64,000 nucleotides of DNA from Pseudomonadota bacterium (GTDB lineage Bacteria; Pseudomonadota; Gammaproteobacteria; Burkholderiales; Burkholderiaceae_C): contig JAZKIF010000081.1 in assembly GCA_040385005.1 (NCBI GenBank), positions 18,518 through 82,517 of the forward strand, in the 5' to 3' direction. Within the stretch, counting starts at the first letter, position 1. Every line of letters begins with the position of its first letter. The notes beneath the pieces were generated by a model, which made no database searches, was not told the DNA's origin, and saw nothing but the letters and a program-made list of their open reading frames with translations. Shown here one piece after another: positions 1-9,360 of the stretch. The translations under genes were made by a program, and so were the position numbers.

Positions 1-319
1 CCAGGTGGTCGCGCTCCACGACCGGGTAGCTGCGCACGCCCAGCTTCTCGGGGATGTTGTCCTGACCCGGAATCTGGACGCATTTCCCCGAAGGGTCGAA
101 CTTGAGCCCGTGGTACATGCAGCGGATGCAGTCGCCCTCGCGGCGCCCCAGCGACAACGGCGCGCCGCGATGGCAGCAGCGATCCTTCAGGGCGACGATC
201 TTTCCGCTCTCGCCGCGGTAGAGCAGGACGCGTTCGTTCAACAGCGTGCGGGGAAGCAGCTTGCCGTCGATCAATTCGTGGTCCCAGGCGGCCACATACC
301 AGCAGTTTTTCAGGAACAT
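1..319 (-). CDS. Rieske aromatic ring-hydroxylating oxygenase/O-demethylase alpha subunit (VanA-like), N-terminal part, runs off the window
   Basis: Not in the ORF track. Hand translation from ATG at 319: MFLKNCWYVAAWDHEL...KDRCCHRGAPLSLGRREGDCIRCMYHGLKFD, with the Rieske CxH...CxxH motif; GGAG just upstream; divergent from LysR. Confidence 0.9.
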   Translation of the reverse strand, partial: MFLKNCWYVAAWDHELIDGKLLPRTLLNERVLLYRGESGKIVALKDRCCHRGAPLSLGRREGDCIRCMYHGLKFDPSGKCVQIPGQDNIPEKLGVRSYPVVERDHL

Positions 320-391
320 GCTCCAATCGTAGGAACACGGCGCCACAGGGTCAATCGCGCCCGCTGGCCGCAGTGTTCCGAATCCTGAACA

Positions 392-1282
392 ATGAACTGG
401 GACGACTTCGACGCTTTCTGCCATGTCGTGGAACACGGCGGCTTCACGGCCGCCGCGCGGGCGCTCGACCGGCCGAAGTCCAGCCTGAGCGCGTCGGTGA
501 CGCGCCTGGAAGAACAGCTCGGCAATCGGTTGCTGGAGCGCACCACGCGCAGCCTGCGCCTGACCGAGGCGGGCGAGTCGCTGTACCGCGAGATCTCGCG
601 GCCCCTGTCGCAGATGCGCGAAGTCGCCGCCGATGCCGCGGCGCAAGGCGCGCAGGTGCAAGGCACGTTGCGAATCGCCACGCCCTACGAATTCGGCGCG
701 CATCACCTGGCCGCCGTGGCGTGCGACATCATGACGCGCCATCCCCAGCTCAAAGTGAACATCGACGTGGAGCATGCGCGCGTGGCGATGTTCGAGCGCA
801 ACTACGACATCGTGTTCACGTCGATCGAGCACAGCGTGGCGCCGGCGAGCGTCCTCACGCGGCGCGTGTTCACTCTGGAGCGCTCGCTGTTCGCGTCGCC
901 CACGCTGGTTGCGCGTTATCCGGAATTCGCCACGCCCGAGGACCTCACGGCCGTCCCGCTGCTCGCGGGCGCGGACGACGCCGATTGGGAGTTCACCGGC
1001 GTGAGCGGCGAGGCCGCGAAGGTGGAGGTGCGCAGCCCGCGCATGCGCAGCGGCAACGCGGGCGTGCGGCTGGAAGCGGCGATGGCGGGCCTCGGCGTCG
1101 CGCGCATCACGGGCACGTTCTGCGAACGCGCCGTGGAACAGGGACGCCTCGTCAAGGTGCTGGCGCAGTGGCGATGCGAGCCGCTGCGCATCTACGCGAT
1201 GCTGCCGGGGCGCCGCCTCTTGCCCGCGAAAGTGCGCGCCTTCATGGACGCGCTGGACGGCCTTTCAAGCCACGAAGGTTGA
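392..1282 (+). CDS. LysR family transcriptional regulator
   Basis: N-terminal HTH 'FTAAARALDRPKSSLSASVTRLEEQLGNRLLERTTRSLRLTEAG'; 296 aa; divergent from the Rieske gene. Confidence 0.95.
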   Translation: MNWDDFDAFCHVVEHGGFTAAARALDRPKSSLSASVTRLEEQLGNRLLERTTRSLRLTEAGESLYREISRPLSQMREVAADAAAQGAQVQGTLRIATPYEFGAHHLAAVACDIMTRHPQLKVNIDVEHARVAMFERNYDIVFTSIEHSVAPASVLTRRVFTLERSLFASPTLVARYPEFATPEDLTAVPLLAGADDADWEFTGVSGEAAKVEVRSPRMRSGNAGVRLEAAMAGLGVARITGTFCERAVEQGRLVKVLAQWRCEPLRIYAMLPGRRLLPAKVRAFMDALDGLSSHEG

Positions 1283-3271
1283 CAGCCGCGACTTCGCGAG
1301 CGCGATGTACCACTCGAGGCACGCGGGGTTCGCCATCGCGTCGCGGTTCACCACTTTCTCCACCGGCTGGCCGAGCAGCAGCTTCTTCACGGGCAACTCC
1401 TGCTTTTTTCCGGTGAGCGTGCGCGGAATCTCCGCGACCTGAAAGATCTCGTTCGGAACGAAGCGTGGCGAGAGCGCGTTGCGGATCGCGCCGTTGATCT
1501 TCGATCTCATTTCATCGTCGAGCGGCACGCCCGGCCGCAGCACGACGAAGAGCGGCATGTAGCTTTCGCGCCCGAGGTACTCCAGGTCCACCACCATCGA
1601 ATCCATCACCTCGGGCAATGCCTCCACCGCGCTGTACAACTCGCTCGTGCCCATGCGCAGGCCATGCCGGTTGATCGTCGCGTCGCTACGGCCGTAGATG
1701 ATGCAGCCGCCGGATGCGGTGATCTTCAGCCAGTCGCCATGACGCCAGACTCCGGGATAGGTGTCGAAGTACGACGACAGGTAGCGCTTGTTGCCCTCGT
1801 CGCCCCAGAAGTAGAGCGGCATCGACGGAATGGGTTCTGTGCACACCAGTTCGCCTACCTCGCCCACGACCGGCTCGCCGGACTCGTTCCATGCTTCGAC
1901 CGCGCAGCCGAGCAACCGACATTGCATCTCACCGGGGATGAGCGGCAGTTCGCGGTTGCCGCCGATGAACGCGCCCGCGAAGTCGGTGCCGCCGGAGATG
2001 TTGCACCACCAGATGCCGGGCGTGCCGATCTTCTCGAACTGCGCCGTGCCCCAGCGCTGCACGTCTTGTGACAATGGCGAGCCGGTCGTGCCCAATGCCC
2101 GCACCGCGCGCAGGTCGCCGCTGGCCGGAAGGTCGAGCCCGGCCTTCATGCAATTGGCAAAGTACGCCGCGCCCGCGCCGAAGAAAGTGACGTCCGTCTC
2201 GGCCGCGAAGCGCCAGAGCACGGTCCAGTCCGGTTTCTCTTTCGTGCCGCCGGGGTTGCCGTCGTAGATGCAGCAGGTCGTGCCATCCAGCAGGCCCGCG
2301 ACGTTCGCGTTCCACATCACCCAGCCCGTGGAGCTGTACCAGTGGAAGCGCTCGCCCCAGTTGTTGCGGTCGTAGCTGCAGCCGATGTCGTTGTGCAGCG
2401 ACTTGAGCACGAGCGCGACGATCACGCTGCCGCCGTGGCCGTGCACGATCGGCTTGGGCAGGCCCGTCGTGCCGCTCGAATAGACGATCCACAGGGGATG
2501 GTCGAACGCAAGCCACAGCGGCTCGAAGGCGGCGGTCTGCGCATCGTCACGCGCGATCACGTCGTCCATCGAAGTCCACGCACCCCGCGCATCGGCGCTC
2601 CCCAGATTGCGATGCACGATGAGGTGTTCGACCGTGGGCAACGCGGCGCGCATCTCCGCCACCACGCCCGTGCGGTCGAAGTCCCGTCCGCCGTATGTGA
2701 CGCCGTCGCAGGCGATCAGCACTTTCGGCTCGATCTGCCGGAAGCGGTCCAGCACCGCGGCCGTTCCCATGTCCGGCGCGCAGATGCTCCACACGCCGCC
2801 GACGCTGACCACGGCGAGGAACGCGACGATGGCCTCCGGGATGTTGGGCAGGTACGCCGCCACGCGGTCTCCCGGCTTCAGGCCTTGTGCCTGCAGGTGA
2901 AGCGCCATCGACGCCACCTGGCGGCGCAGCTCAGGCCAGCTCATCTCGCGGTGGGCGCCCTTCTCGTTGCGGCTGACGACGGCCGGAAATCCCGCGCCGT
3001 GCGCGGCGTCCACGTGCCGGAACACTTGCTGAACGTAGTTGACCTGCGCGCCCTCGAACCATCGCGCTCCCGGCATGCGCGACCCCGACAGGACGGACGT
3101 GTGAGGCGTGGGCGACTGCAGATCGTAGTAGTCCCAGATGCTCTGCCAGAACGCCGGAAGGTCATGGACCGACCAGCGCCAGAGCGCGTCGTAGTTTTCG
3201 AACGCCAGGCCACGGTGGTCGCGCAACCAGTCCTGGTAGCGCCGGATCTGCGGGACGTACTGCGGAGTCAT
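1265..3271 (-). CDS. Acetoacetate--CoA ligase (acetoacetyl-CoA synthetase)
   Basis: AMP-binding motif YSSGTTGLPKPIVHGHGG, ISGGTD, WRHGDW, GRSDATINRHG, C-terminal IPRTLTGKKQELPVKK. Confidence 0.92.
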   Translation of the reverse strand: MTPQYVPQIRRYQDWLRDHRGLAFENYDALWRWSVHDLPAFWQSIWDYYDLQSPTPHTSVLSGSRMPGARWFEGAQVNYVQQVFRHVDAAHGAGFPAVVSRNEKGAHREMSWPELRRQVASMALHLQAQGLKPGDRVAAYLPNIPEAIVAFLAVVSVGGVWSICAPDMGTAAVLDRFRQIEPKVLIACDGVTYGGRDFDRTGVVAEMRAALPTVEHLIVHRNLGSADARGAWTSMDDVIARDDAQTAAFEPLWLAFDHPLWIVYSSGTTGLPKPIVHGHGGSVIVALVLKSLHNDIGCSYDRNNWGERFHWYSSTGWVMWNANVAGLLDGTTCCIYDGNPGGTKEKPDWTVLWRFAAETDVTFFGAGAAYFANCMKAGLDLPASGDLRAVRALGTTGSPLSQDVQRWGTAQFEKIGTPGIWWCNISGGTDFAGAFIGGNRELPLIPGEMQCRLLGCAVEAWNESGEPVVGEVGELVCTEPIPSMPLYFWGDEGNKRYLSSYFDTYPGVWRHGDWLKITASGGCIIYGRSDATINRHGLRMGTSELYSAVEALPEVMDSMVVDLEYLGRESYMPLFVVLRPGVPLDDEMRSKINGAIRNALSPRFVPNEIFQVAEIPRTLTGKKQELPVKKLLLGQPVEKVVNRDAMANPACLEWYIALAKSRLSTFVA

Positions 3272-3315
3272 CCGGCGAGACTAGCAGTTGGCCGCGGCTT
3301 TTAGAATCCCCTTCC

Positions 3316-3741
3316 ATGAACGATCCCGTGCTCATCCCGGTTTCCCCTGCGGAACTGCTGGACAAGAAGACCATCCTCGAGGTCAAGCGTGAGCGCATCG
3401 TCGCGCCGGACAAGCTCGCGAACGTGAAACATGAGCTCGACCTCCTGACGGGAATCGCGCAGCGGATGCTGGCGCAGGTCGATCCGTCGACCGGCGTGGC
3501 CGAGCTCGAGGCCCAGCTGCTACAGGTCAACAGCGAAATCTGGGACCTGGAGAACACCGTGCGTGCCTGCGAATCGGCCAGGGATTTCGGCGACGAGTTC
3601 GTGCGCACGGCGCGCAACATCTACGCGAGCAACGATCGCCGCGCCGCTATCAAACGGCAGATCAACCTCGCGCTCGGCGCGGTGCTGGTGGAAGAGAAGG
3701 AGCATCTCCGGGCGCCGCCGCATGGACGCCCGGCTGCTTGA
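3316..3741 (+). CDS. DUF6165-like protein
   Basis: PVSPAELLDKKTILEVK...VNSEIWDLENTVR...FVRTARNIYASNDRRAAIKRQIN...VEEK pattern. Confidence 0.8.
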   Translation: MNDPVLIPVSPAELLDKKTILEVKRERIVAPDKLANVKHELDLLTGIAQRMLAQVDPSTGVAELEAQLLQVNSEIWDLENTVRACESARDFGDEFVRTARNIYASNDRRAAIKRQINLALGAVLVEEKEHLRAPPHGRPAA

Positions 3742-5566
3742 AGCGCAGGCGCTGCTGCGGCAAGGCAATGTCCAGCTCGCTGAAATCCTGCTGCGCCAGC
3801 TGACGGCGCAGCAGCCGCGCCTTGCGCCGGCCTGGTCGATGCTCGGCGCGCTCGCGGCGCACAAAGGCAACCTGGATGAGGCCGCGAGCCTGCTCGAGCG
3901 TTCGCTGGCGATGGACCCTTCTTCGGCCGACACGCATTTTCGTTTGGGCGTACTGCGCCATGAGCTGGGCCGATGGGAAGGCGCACTGGTGGCGTTCGAG
4001 GAGTCGCTGAGGTTGCGCCCGGGCACGGCGGCGGTTTTGAACCTGCGCGGCGTCGCTCTGAAGAACCTCGGCCGCGTCGAAGAGGCGCTCGCGTCGTATG
4101 ACGCCGCCCTGGCCGCGCAGCCGGATTCTGTCGAGGCACTGCACAACCGCGCGGTCGCATGCCGGCACCTCGCGCGCTGGGACGATTCCATCGCAAGTGC
4201 TGAACGGGCCTTGGCACTGCGGCCACGATCGGCGGAGCTGCACAACCACCTCGGCATGGTGCTGCATGAATCGGGCCGCCTGGATGGCGCCGTCGCATGC
4301 TTCGAGACCGCGCTGCAACTCGCACCGGACTCCGCCGAGACGCTGATGAACCTGGGCGTGAGCCTGTACGAGCAGTACCGGTTCGGCCCCGCGCTCGCGG
4401 CGCTGGATCGCGCGCTCGCACTGGCGCCTGGGCATGTCGATGTGCTCTTCAATCGCGCGAACGTGCTGGTGGAGCTGGATCGCTTCGACGAGGCAATCGC
4501 GGCATTTGGGAAGGTGCGCGAGCAGCGTCCGCGTGACGTCGGGCTGCTGATGAACATCGCCAATGCATTGCGTGACCAGCACCGTTTCGACGCGGCCCTC
4601 GGCATCTATGAAGAAGCGTTGGCCGTGTCCGCGGATGACGCCGGCGTGAACTGGAACCGCGCCTTGTGCTTGCTCACGAGAGGCGATTTCGAGCGTGGCT
4701 GGGCCGCCTACGAATGGCGTTTTCGCGCGGGCAAACTCGGACATGCCCAGCGTTCTTTCGACATGCCCCGTTGGACAGGCAGTGAGGACTTGCAGGGCCG
4801 GAGCATCCTCGTACATGCGGAACAGGGGCTGGGCGACACGATCGAGATGGCCCGGTACGCGCGCGTGCTGGCCGCGAAAGGCGCCCGCGTGATTCTCGAA
4901 GCGCAAAAGCCACTGCTCGCGCTGCTGCACGGCGTCGAAGGTGCGGCCGGGGTCGTCGCGCCCGGGGCGAATGCGCGGGCTGATTTTCACTGCCCGATGC
5001 TCAGCCTTCCCTGCGTTCTCGGCACGCGCCGCGACACAATTCCTTCGCCGCAAGGCGTGCTGCGCCGGAACGAAGAGCACGTTGCCCGTTGGGGCAGTGC
5101 GATCGCCCAGCGCGCCGGAACGGGCCCCGGTATCGGACTCGTGTGGTCCGGCAATCCCGGCTATGCGGGCGACCGCCGCCGCTCGCTCGCGCTGCGCGAA
5201 TTCCGCTACGCCTTGCCGCCAGGCCCGCGCTACTGGCGCCTGCAAAAGGATGTGTCGGCGGCCGATGCGCCGTGGCTCGCGGGCGATCCCCCTATCGAGC
5301 GTTTCGAGGAGGACGACTTCATCCACACGGCCGCGCAAATCGCGGCGCTGGACCTCGTCGTCACCGTGGACACGTCGATCCTCCATCTGGCAGGCACGGT
5401 GGGTACGCCGACCTGGCTCCTGCTGCCCTTCACCGCCGATTTCCGCTGGGCCACCGACACGGAGTCGACGCCGTGGTATCCGGGCGTGAAGCTGTTCCGT
5501 CAGGAACGCGCGGGCGACTGGGCGCCGGTGCTGGCGCGGGTGCGCGACGCGTTGTCTTCCCTCTGA
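3722..5566 (+). CDS. TPR-repeat protein with C-terminal GT9-like glycosyltransferase domain
   Basis: Start moved to ATG 3722 (MDARLLEAQ). About 9 TPR units, then GWAAYEWRF, HAEQGLGDTIEMARY, GLVWSGNP, DLVVTVDTSILHLAG, TPWYP. Confidence 0.85.
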   Translation: MDARLLEAQALLRQGNVQLAEILLRQLTAQQPRLAPAWSMLGALAAHKGNLDEAASLLERSLAMDPSSADTHFRLGVLRHELGRWEGALVAFEESLRLRPGTAAVLNLRGVALKNLGRVEEALASYDAALAAQPDSVEALHNRAVACRHLARWDDSIASAERALALRPRSAELHNHLGMVLHESGRLDGAVACFETALQLAPDSAETLMNLGVSLYEQYRFGPALAALDRALALAPGHVDVLFNRANVLVELDRFDEAIAAFGKVREQRPRDVGLLMNIANALRDQHRFDAALGIYEEALAVSADDAGVNWNRALCLLTRGDFERGWAAYEWRFRAGKLGHAQRSFDMPRWTGSEDLQGRSILVHAEQGLGDTIEMARYARVLAAKGARVILEAQKPLLALLHGVEGAAGVVAPGANARADFHCPMLSLPCVLGTRRDTIPSPQGVLRRNEEHVARWGSAIAQRAGTGPGIGLVWSGNPGYAGDRRRSLALREFRYALPPGPRYWRLQKDVSAADAPWLAGDPPIERFEEDDFIHTAAQIAALDLVVTVDTSILHLAGTVGTPTWLLLPFTADFRWATDTESTPWYPGVKLFRQERAGDWAPVLARVRDALSSL

Positions 5567-5584
5567 CTTCGCAGGATTTGATTT

Positions 5585-5602
5585 TTCGCACGGGCGTGCT
5601 AA
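5585..5602. promoter_or_regulatory. Putative TetR operator 1 (TTCGCACG-GG-CGTGCTAA)
   Basis: Imperfect palindrome 9 bp upstream of the TetR start; a near copy lies at 6257-6274. Confidence 0.65.
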
Positions 5603-5611
5603 TATGCCGCC

Positions 5612-6214
5612 ATGGACGCGAAAACGCAGAAGAGCGAGATGACCCGGGCCGCCATCGTCGGCGCCGGGATAGACCTCGCCTCGGCGGAAGGCCTGGAGGC
5701 GATCACGCTGCAGGCGGTCGCGGATCGCATCGGGCTGTCCAAGAGCGGCGTCTTCTCGCGCGTCGGCTCACGTGAAGCTCTGCAAAAAGCAGTGATCGAG
5801 GAGTTCGGCCGGCGCTTTCTGGCCGACGTCTTCGTCCCCGCGATGCAGCTGCCCAAGGGCCTGCCGCGGCTGGAGGAAATCATGCGGCGCTGGATCATCC
5901 GCACGCGCGACGTCGAAGCGCAAAACGGCTGCATTTTCTCGGCGGGCGCGTTCGAGCTGGACGACCGCGACGGCCCCTTGCGCGACCTGCTGCACTCCGA
6001 AGTGACGCGCTGGCGCGCCGCCCTGCGCCGCACGGTGCTGCAGGCCGTCGAGCAGGGTCACGTGAAGCCCGACACGGATGCCGAGCAGTTCGCCGGCGAG
6101 ATCAGCACGCTGATGCTCGGCATGATCCACGACGCCCGCTTCCTGCGCGACCCGCGCGCGCCGGAGCGCACGCAAGCCAGCTGGCAGCGCCTGCTGCGAA
6201 GCTACACGAACTAG
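5612..6214 (+). CDS. TetR/AcrR family regulator
   Basis: HTH 'GLEAITLQAVADRIGLSKSGVFSRVGSREALQ'; GCIF...ELDDRDGPLRD C-terminal domain. Confidence 0.93.
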   Translation: MDAKTQKSEMTRAAIVGAGIDLASAEGLEAITLQAVADRIGLSKSGVFSRVGSREALQKAVIEEFGRRFLADVFVPAMQLPKGLPRLEEIMRRWIIRTRDVEAQNGCIFSAGAFELDDRDGPLRDLLHSEVTRWRAALRRTVLQAVEQGHVKPDTDAEQFAGEISTLMLGMIHDARFLRDPRAPERTQASWQRLLRSYTN

Positions 6215-6256
6215 CTCCCCGGAGACCGATTGACCCGCCTCGCTGAACGCCCACAT

Positions 6257-6274
6257 TTCGCACGATTGTGCGAA
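6257..6274. promoter_or_regulatory. Putative TetR operator 2 (TTCGCAC-GATT-GTGCGAA)
   Basis: Perfect 7-bp inverted arms directly upstream of the RBS (AAGGA) of the small ORF at 6289. Confidence 0.65.
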
Positions 6275-6288
6275 GAAAGGAAATCACC

Positions 6289-6402
6289 ATGCTCACCGTC
6301 CTGATCATCGCCGCCGTCTACGGCGCGTACCGCGTCGCACGCGCCGCCATCGCGTCCTTGCGGGATCTTCCCCGCAGCAACGAAGACATGATCTTTTATT
6401 GA
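6289..6402 (+). CDS. Small 37-aa membrane peptide MLTVLIIAAVYGAYRVARAAIASLRDLPRSNEDMIFY
   Basis: Below the ORF-track cutoff. GAAAGGAAA RBS, GC-rich codon usage, hydrophobic N-terminus; fills the gap between TetR and the hydrolase. Confidence 0.75.
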   Translation: MLTVLIIAAVYGAYRVARAAIASLRDLPRSNEDMIFY

Positions 6403-6413
6403 GAGGTACAGAG

Positions 6414-7298
6414 ATGACCCGCACCACGCTCGAGGCCACCTCGGCCTTCTACCAGGCCAGTCCCGGACTGCGCCTCTTCCGCTTCGCGCTCGGCGCCTCG
6501 CAGCGGCTCTGGCCGGCGCTCGCCGTGCGCGCGGCCCTGCGGCTCTTCGGCACGCCGCTGCCGCCGAAGTGGCTGGCGCGCCGCACGCACTGGGACGCCA
6601 GCTGGAAGATCGAGAGCTGGCCGTTCGAAGCCGCGTCGCTCACCGTGTATTCGCAACCCGTCGCGCCGCACGGCCCCGTCGTGCTGCTGGTGCACGGCTG
6701 GGGCGGGCAGGCGAGGCAGATGCTCGCGCTTGCCGATACATTGGCGCAGCACGGCATGAAGCCGATGCTGCTCGAATTGCCCGCGCATGGACGCAGCGCC
6801 GGCTCCGTCAGCAACCTGCCGCAATTCGCGCGCGCGATCGAATACGCGACCGCGCGCCTGCTGCAATCGGGCCACACCTTGCGAGCGGTCGTCGCCCACT
6901 CGCTCGCCGCGAATGCAGCGGCTTATGCGGTCAGCCGCGGCTTGCCGGTGCAGCGCCTCGTGCTGCTCGCGCCGCCCGCCTCGCCGCGCGAGTACACGCG
7001 CCTCTTCGCGCATGTGTTCGGCTTGTCCGAGGACACGCGCGCCTCGATGCAAAAGCGCATCGAGGCGCGCGAAGGCATCCTCATGCCGCAATTCGAGCCC
7101 GATGCCGTCGGCCCGCGCATCCGCGTGCCGACTCTTGTCGTTCACGACCGCGAGGACAGCATCAACCGCTTCGCCGACGGCGTCGCGTTCGCGCATGCGA
7201 TCCGCGGCGCGGAGCTTGTCGCCACGCAGGGGCTGGGTCATCGCAAGCTGCTGAAGGACGCCGAGGTCATCGGCAAGGTCGCGATCTTCACGGCTTGA
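6414..7298 (+). CDS. Alpha/beta fold hydrolase
   Basis: LVHGWGG, LPAHGRS, nucleophile elbow VAHSLAA, VVHDRED, GLGHRKLL; ATG 6414 after GAGG. Confidence 0.88.
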   Translation: MTRTTLEATSAFYQASPGLRLFRFALGASQRLWPALAVRAALRLFGTPLPPKWLARRTHWDASWKIESWPFEAASLTVYSQPVAPHGPVVLLVHGWGGQARQMLALADTLAQHGMKPMLLELPAHGRSAGSVSNLPQFARAIEYATARLLQSGHTLRAVVAHSLAANAAAYAVSRGLPVQRLVLLAPPASPREYTRLFAHVFGLSEDTRASMQKRIEAREGILMPQFEPDAVGPRIRVPTLVVHDREDSINRFADGVAFAHAIRGAELVATQGLGHRKLLKDAEVIGKVAIFTA

Positions 7299-7906
7299 AG
7301 CCGAGCCTGGAACGTAGCCGCCGGCCATAGTGCGCGCCAAGGGCTGCTGCCATTTGCCATGGCGCCGTGGTCAGCAATGTCTTGAGGAGAGGAGCCGACC
7401 GTTTCCAGTCACCCGATCGAAGCCCCTCCCGCAGGGACGGCATGAGCAACCGGTTCACGAAGGCAGTCAGTCCGCCCGTTCGGGCGATGCCTTTCGAGTG
7501 AAACTCCAACAGCCGCCGATGCATTTCAAGCACACGATCCCCCGTGTGTGAAGACATGATCGAGGCGGAGTGCTGACGGTAGTGGTAGATCGGCACGCCG
7601 AACAGCTTGAGGGTTCCATGCGCCAGCACCAGGCTTTCGTCGTCATGCAAGACGTCGACGAGCTTGCGGACGTAGTCGGGATCCAGCGCGTCGTCGCAAT
7701 CCACCGACAGGATGAATTTCGCATCCGGCAGGCACTGCAAGGCCACGCTCCTTGCCTTGCTGAGCCCCTGGTTGGTTTCGAGATGGACGACGCGGATACG
7801 GTCGTCCGAAACCTGGTCAAGCAGCTGGCGGGTCGAGTCGGTCGAGCCGTCATCCCTGGTTGAAGCAGGGAACGATGATGCCCACCAGGGGCTGCTTGTC
7901 GGGCAT
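7288..7906 (-). pseudogene. Degraded GT2 glycosyltransferase (two internal deletions, frameshift)
   Basis: ATG 7906 gives MPDKQPLVGIIVPCFNQG-stop. The DDGSTD...NQGLSKARS...VDCDD part is in another frame, and LKLFG is joined directly to VPIYHYRQH, so the GT-A core is missing. Confidence 0.8.
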
Positions 7907-8025
7907 TTCGATCGAGATCCGTGGGCTTTATTCGCTGTCGAGCGGCGCGAGGCCGGCACTTTCTCCTTGCCTGCCCGCCAGCCTGCACCTTAGCATCGCT
8001 TCACTTTCACAAGCAGGAGCGAGAG

Positions 8026-9351
8026 ATGGGAATGTTCGACTGGACCGAGAAGTCCGCTGACGTGCTGCGCCAGGGCGGGGTCATCGCCCCCGACGAGCGG
8101 CTGCCCTGGCCGCAGACCGCGGCGATGGGCGTGCAGCACGTGATCGCGATGTTCGGCGCGACGGTGCTCGCGCCCATCCTCATGGGGTTCGATCCCAACG
8201 TGGCCATCCTCATGAGCGGCGTCGGCACGCTCATCTTCTTCTTCATCACCGGCGGCAAGGTGCCTAGCTACCTCGGATCGAGCTTCGCCTTCATCGGCGT
8301 CGTGCTTGCCGCGACGGCTTATGCGGGCAAAGGGCCGAACGCGAACATCGGCGTGGCGCTGGGCGGCATCATCGCGTGCGGCCTCGTCTACGCGATCATC
8401 GGCGCGATCGTGCAGGCCGTCGGCACCCATTGGATCGAGCGCGTGATGCCGCCCGTCGTGACCGGCGCGGTGGTTGCGGTGATCGGCCTCAACCTCGCGA
8501 GCATCCCGGTGAAGAACATGGCCGCGAGCAACTTCGACTCGTGGATGCAGGCCGTCACCTTCGTGTGCGTCGCGGTCGTCGCGGTGTTCACGCGCGGCAT
8601 GGTGCAGCGTCTGCTGATCCTGGTCGGGCTGCTGGTTGCGACCATCATCTATGCGGTGTTGGCCAACGGCATGGGGCTCGGCAAGCCACTCGACCTCTCG
8701 GGCGTCGCCAACGCCGCGTGGTTCGGCGCACCGGCATTCGCCGCGCCGGTGTTCGACAAGAACGCGATGATGCTGATCGTGCCGGTCGCGATCATCCTCG
8801 TCGCGGAGAACCTGGGCCACATCAAGGCCGTCACCGCGATGACCGGCCGCAACCTCGACCAGTACATCGGGCGCGCGTTCATCGGCGACGGCATCGCGAC
8901 GATGGTGAGCGGCGCTGCGGGCGGCACCGGCGTGACCACGTACGCGGAGAACATCGGCGTGATGGCCGCGACCAAGATCTATTCCACGGCGGCTTTCGTG
9001 GTCGCCGCGGTGTTCGCGATCATCCTGGGCTTCTCGCCGAAGTTCGGCGCGGTCATCCAGGCGATTCCGCTGCCGGTGATGGGCGGCGTGTCCATCGTCG
9101 TGTTCGGCCTCATCGCCGCGGCGGGCGCGAAGATCTGGGTCGACAACCGGGTGGACTTCTCGCAGAACCGCAACCTCATCGTTGTAGCGATCACGCTGGT
9201 GCTAGGCACGGGCGATTTCACGTTGAAGTTTGGGGGTTTCGCACTCGGCGGCATCGGCACCGCGACCTTCGGCGCGATCCTGCTGTATGCCTTGCTGAAC
9301 CGCGGCCCCGCACCGGTGGAGACGACAGCGCCAAGCCGCAAGCCCACCTAG
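8026..9351 (+). CDS. NCS2 family nucleobase (uracil/xanthine) permease, RutG-like
   Basis: GVQHVIAMFGATVLAP, YLGSSFAF, TTYAENIGV NAT signature; AGGAG RBS before ATG 8026. Confidence 0.92.
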   Translation: MGMFDWTEKSADVLRQGGVIAPDERLPWPQTAAMGVQHVIAMFGATVLAPILMGFDPNVAILMSGVGTLIFFFITGGKVPSYLGSSFAFIGVVLAATAYAGKGPNANIGVALGGIIACGLVYAIIGAIVQAVGTHWIERVMPPVVTGAVVAVIGLNLASIPVKNMAASNFDSWMQAVTFVCVAVVAVFTRGMVQRLLILVGLLVATIIYAVLANGMGLGKPLDLSGVANAAWFGAPAFAAPVFDKNAMMLIVPVAIILVAENLGHIKAVTAMTGRNLDQYIGRAFIGDGIATMVSGAAGGTGVTTYAENIGVMAATKIYSTAAFVVAAVFAIILGFSPKFGAVIQAIPLPVMGGVSIVVFGLIAAAGAKIWVDNRVDFSQNRNLIVVAITLVLGTGDFTLKFGGFALGGIGTATFGAILLYALLNRGPAPVETTAPSRKPT

Positions 9352-9360
9352 AATCTTCCG

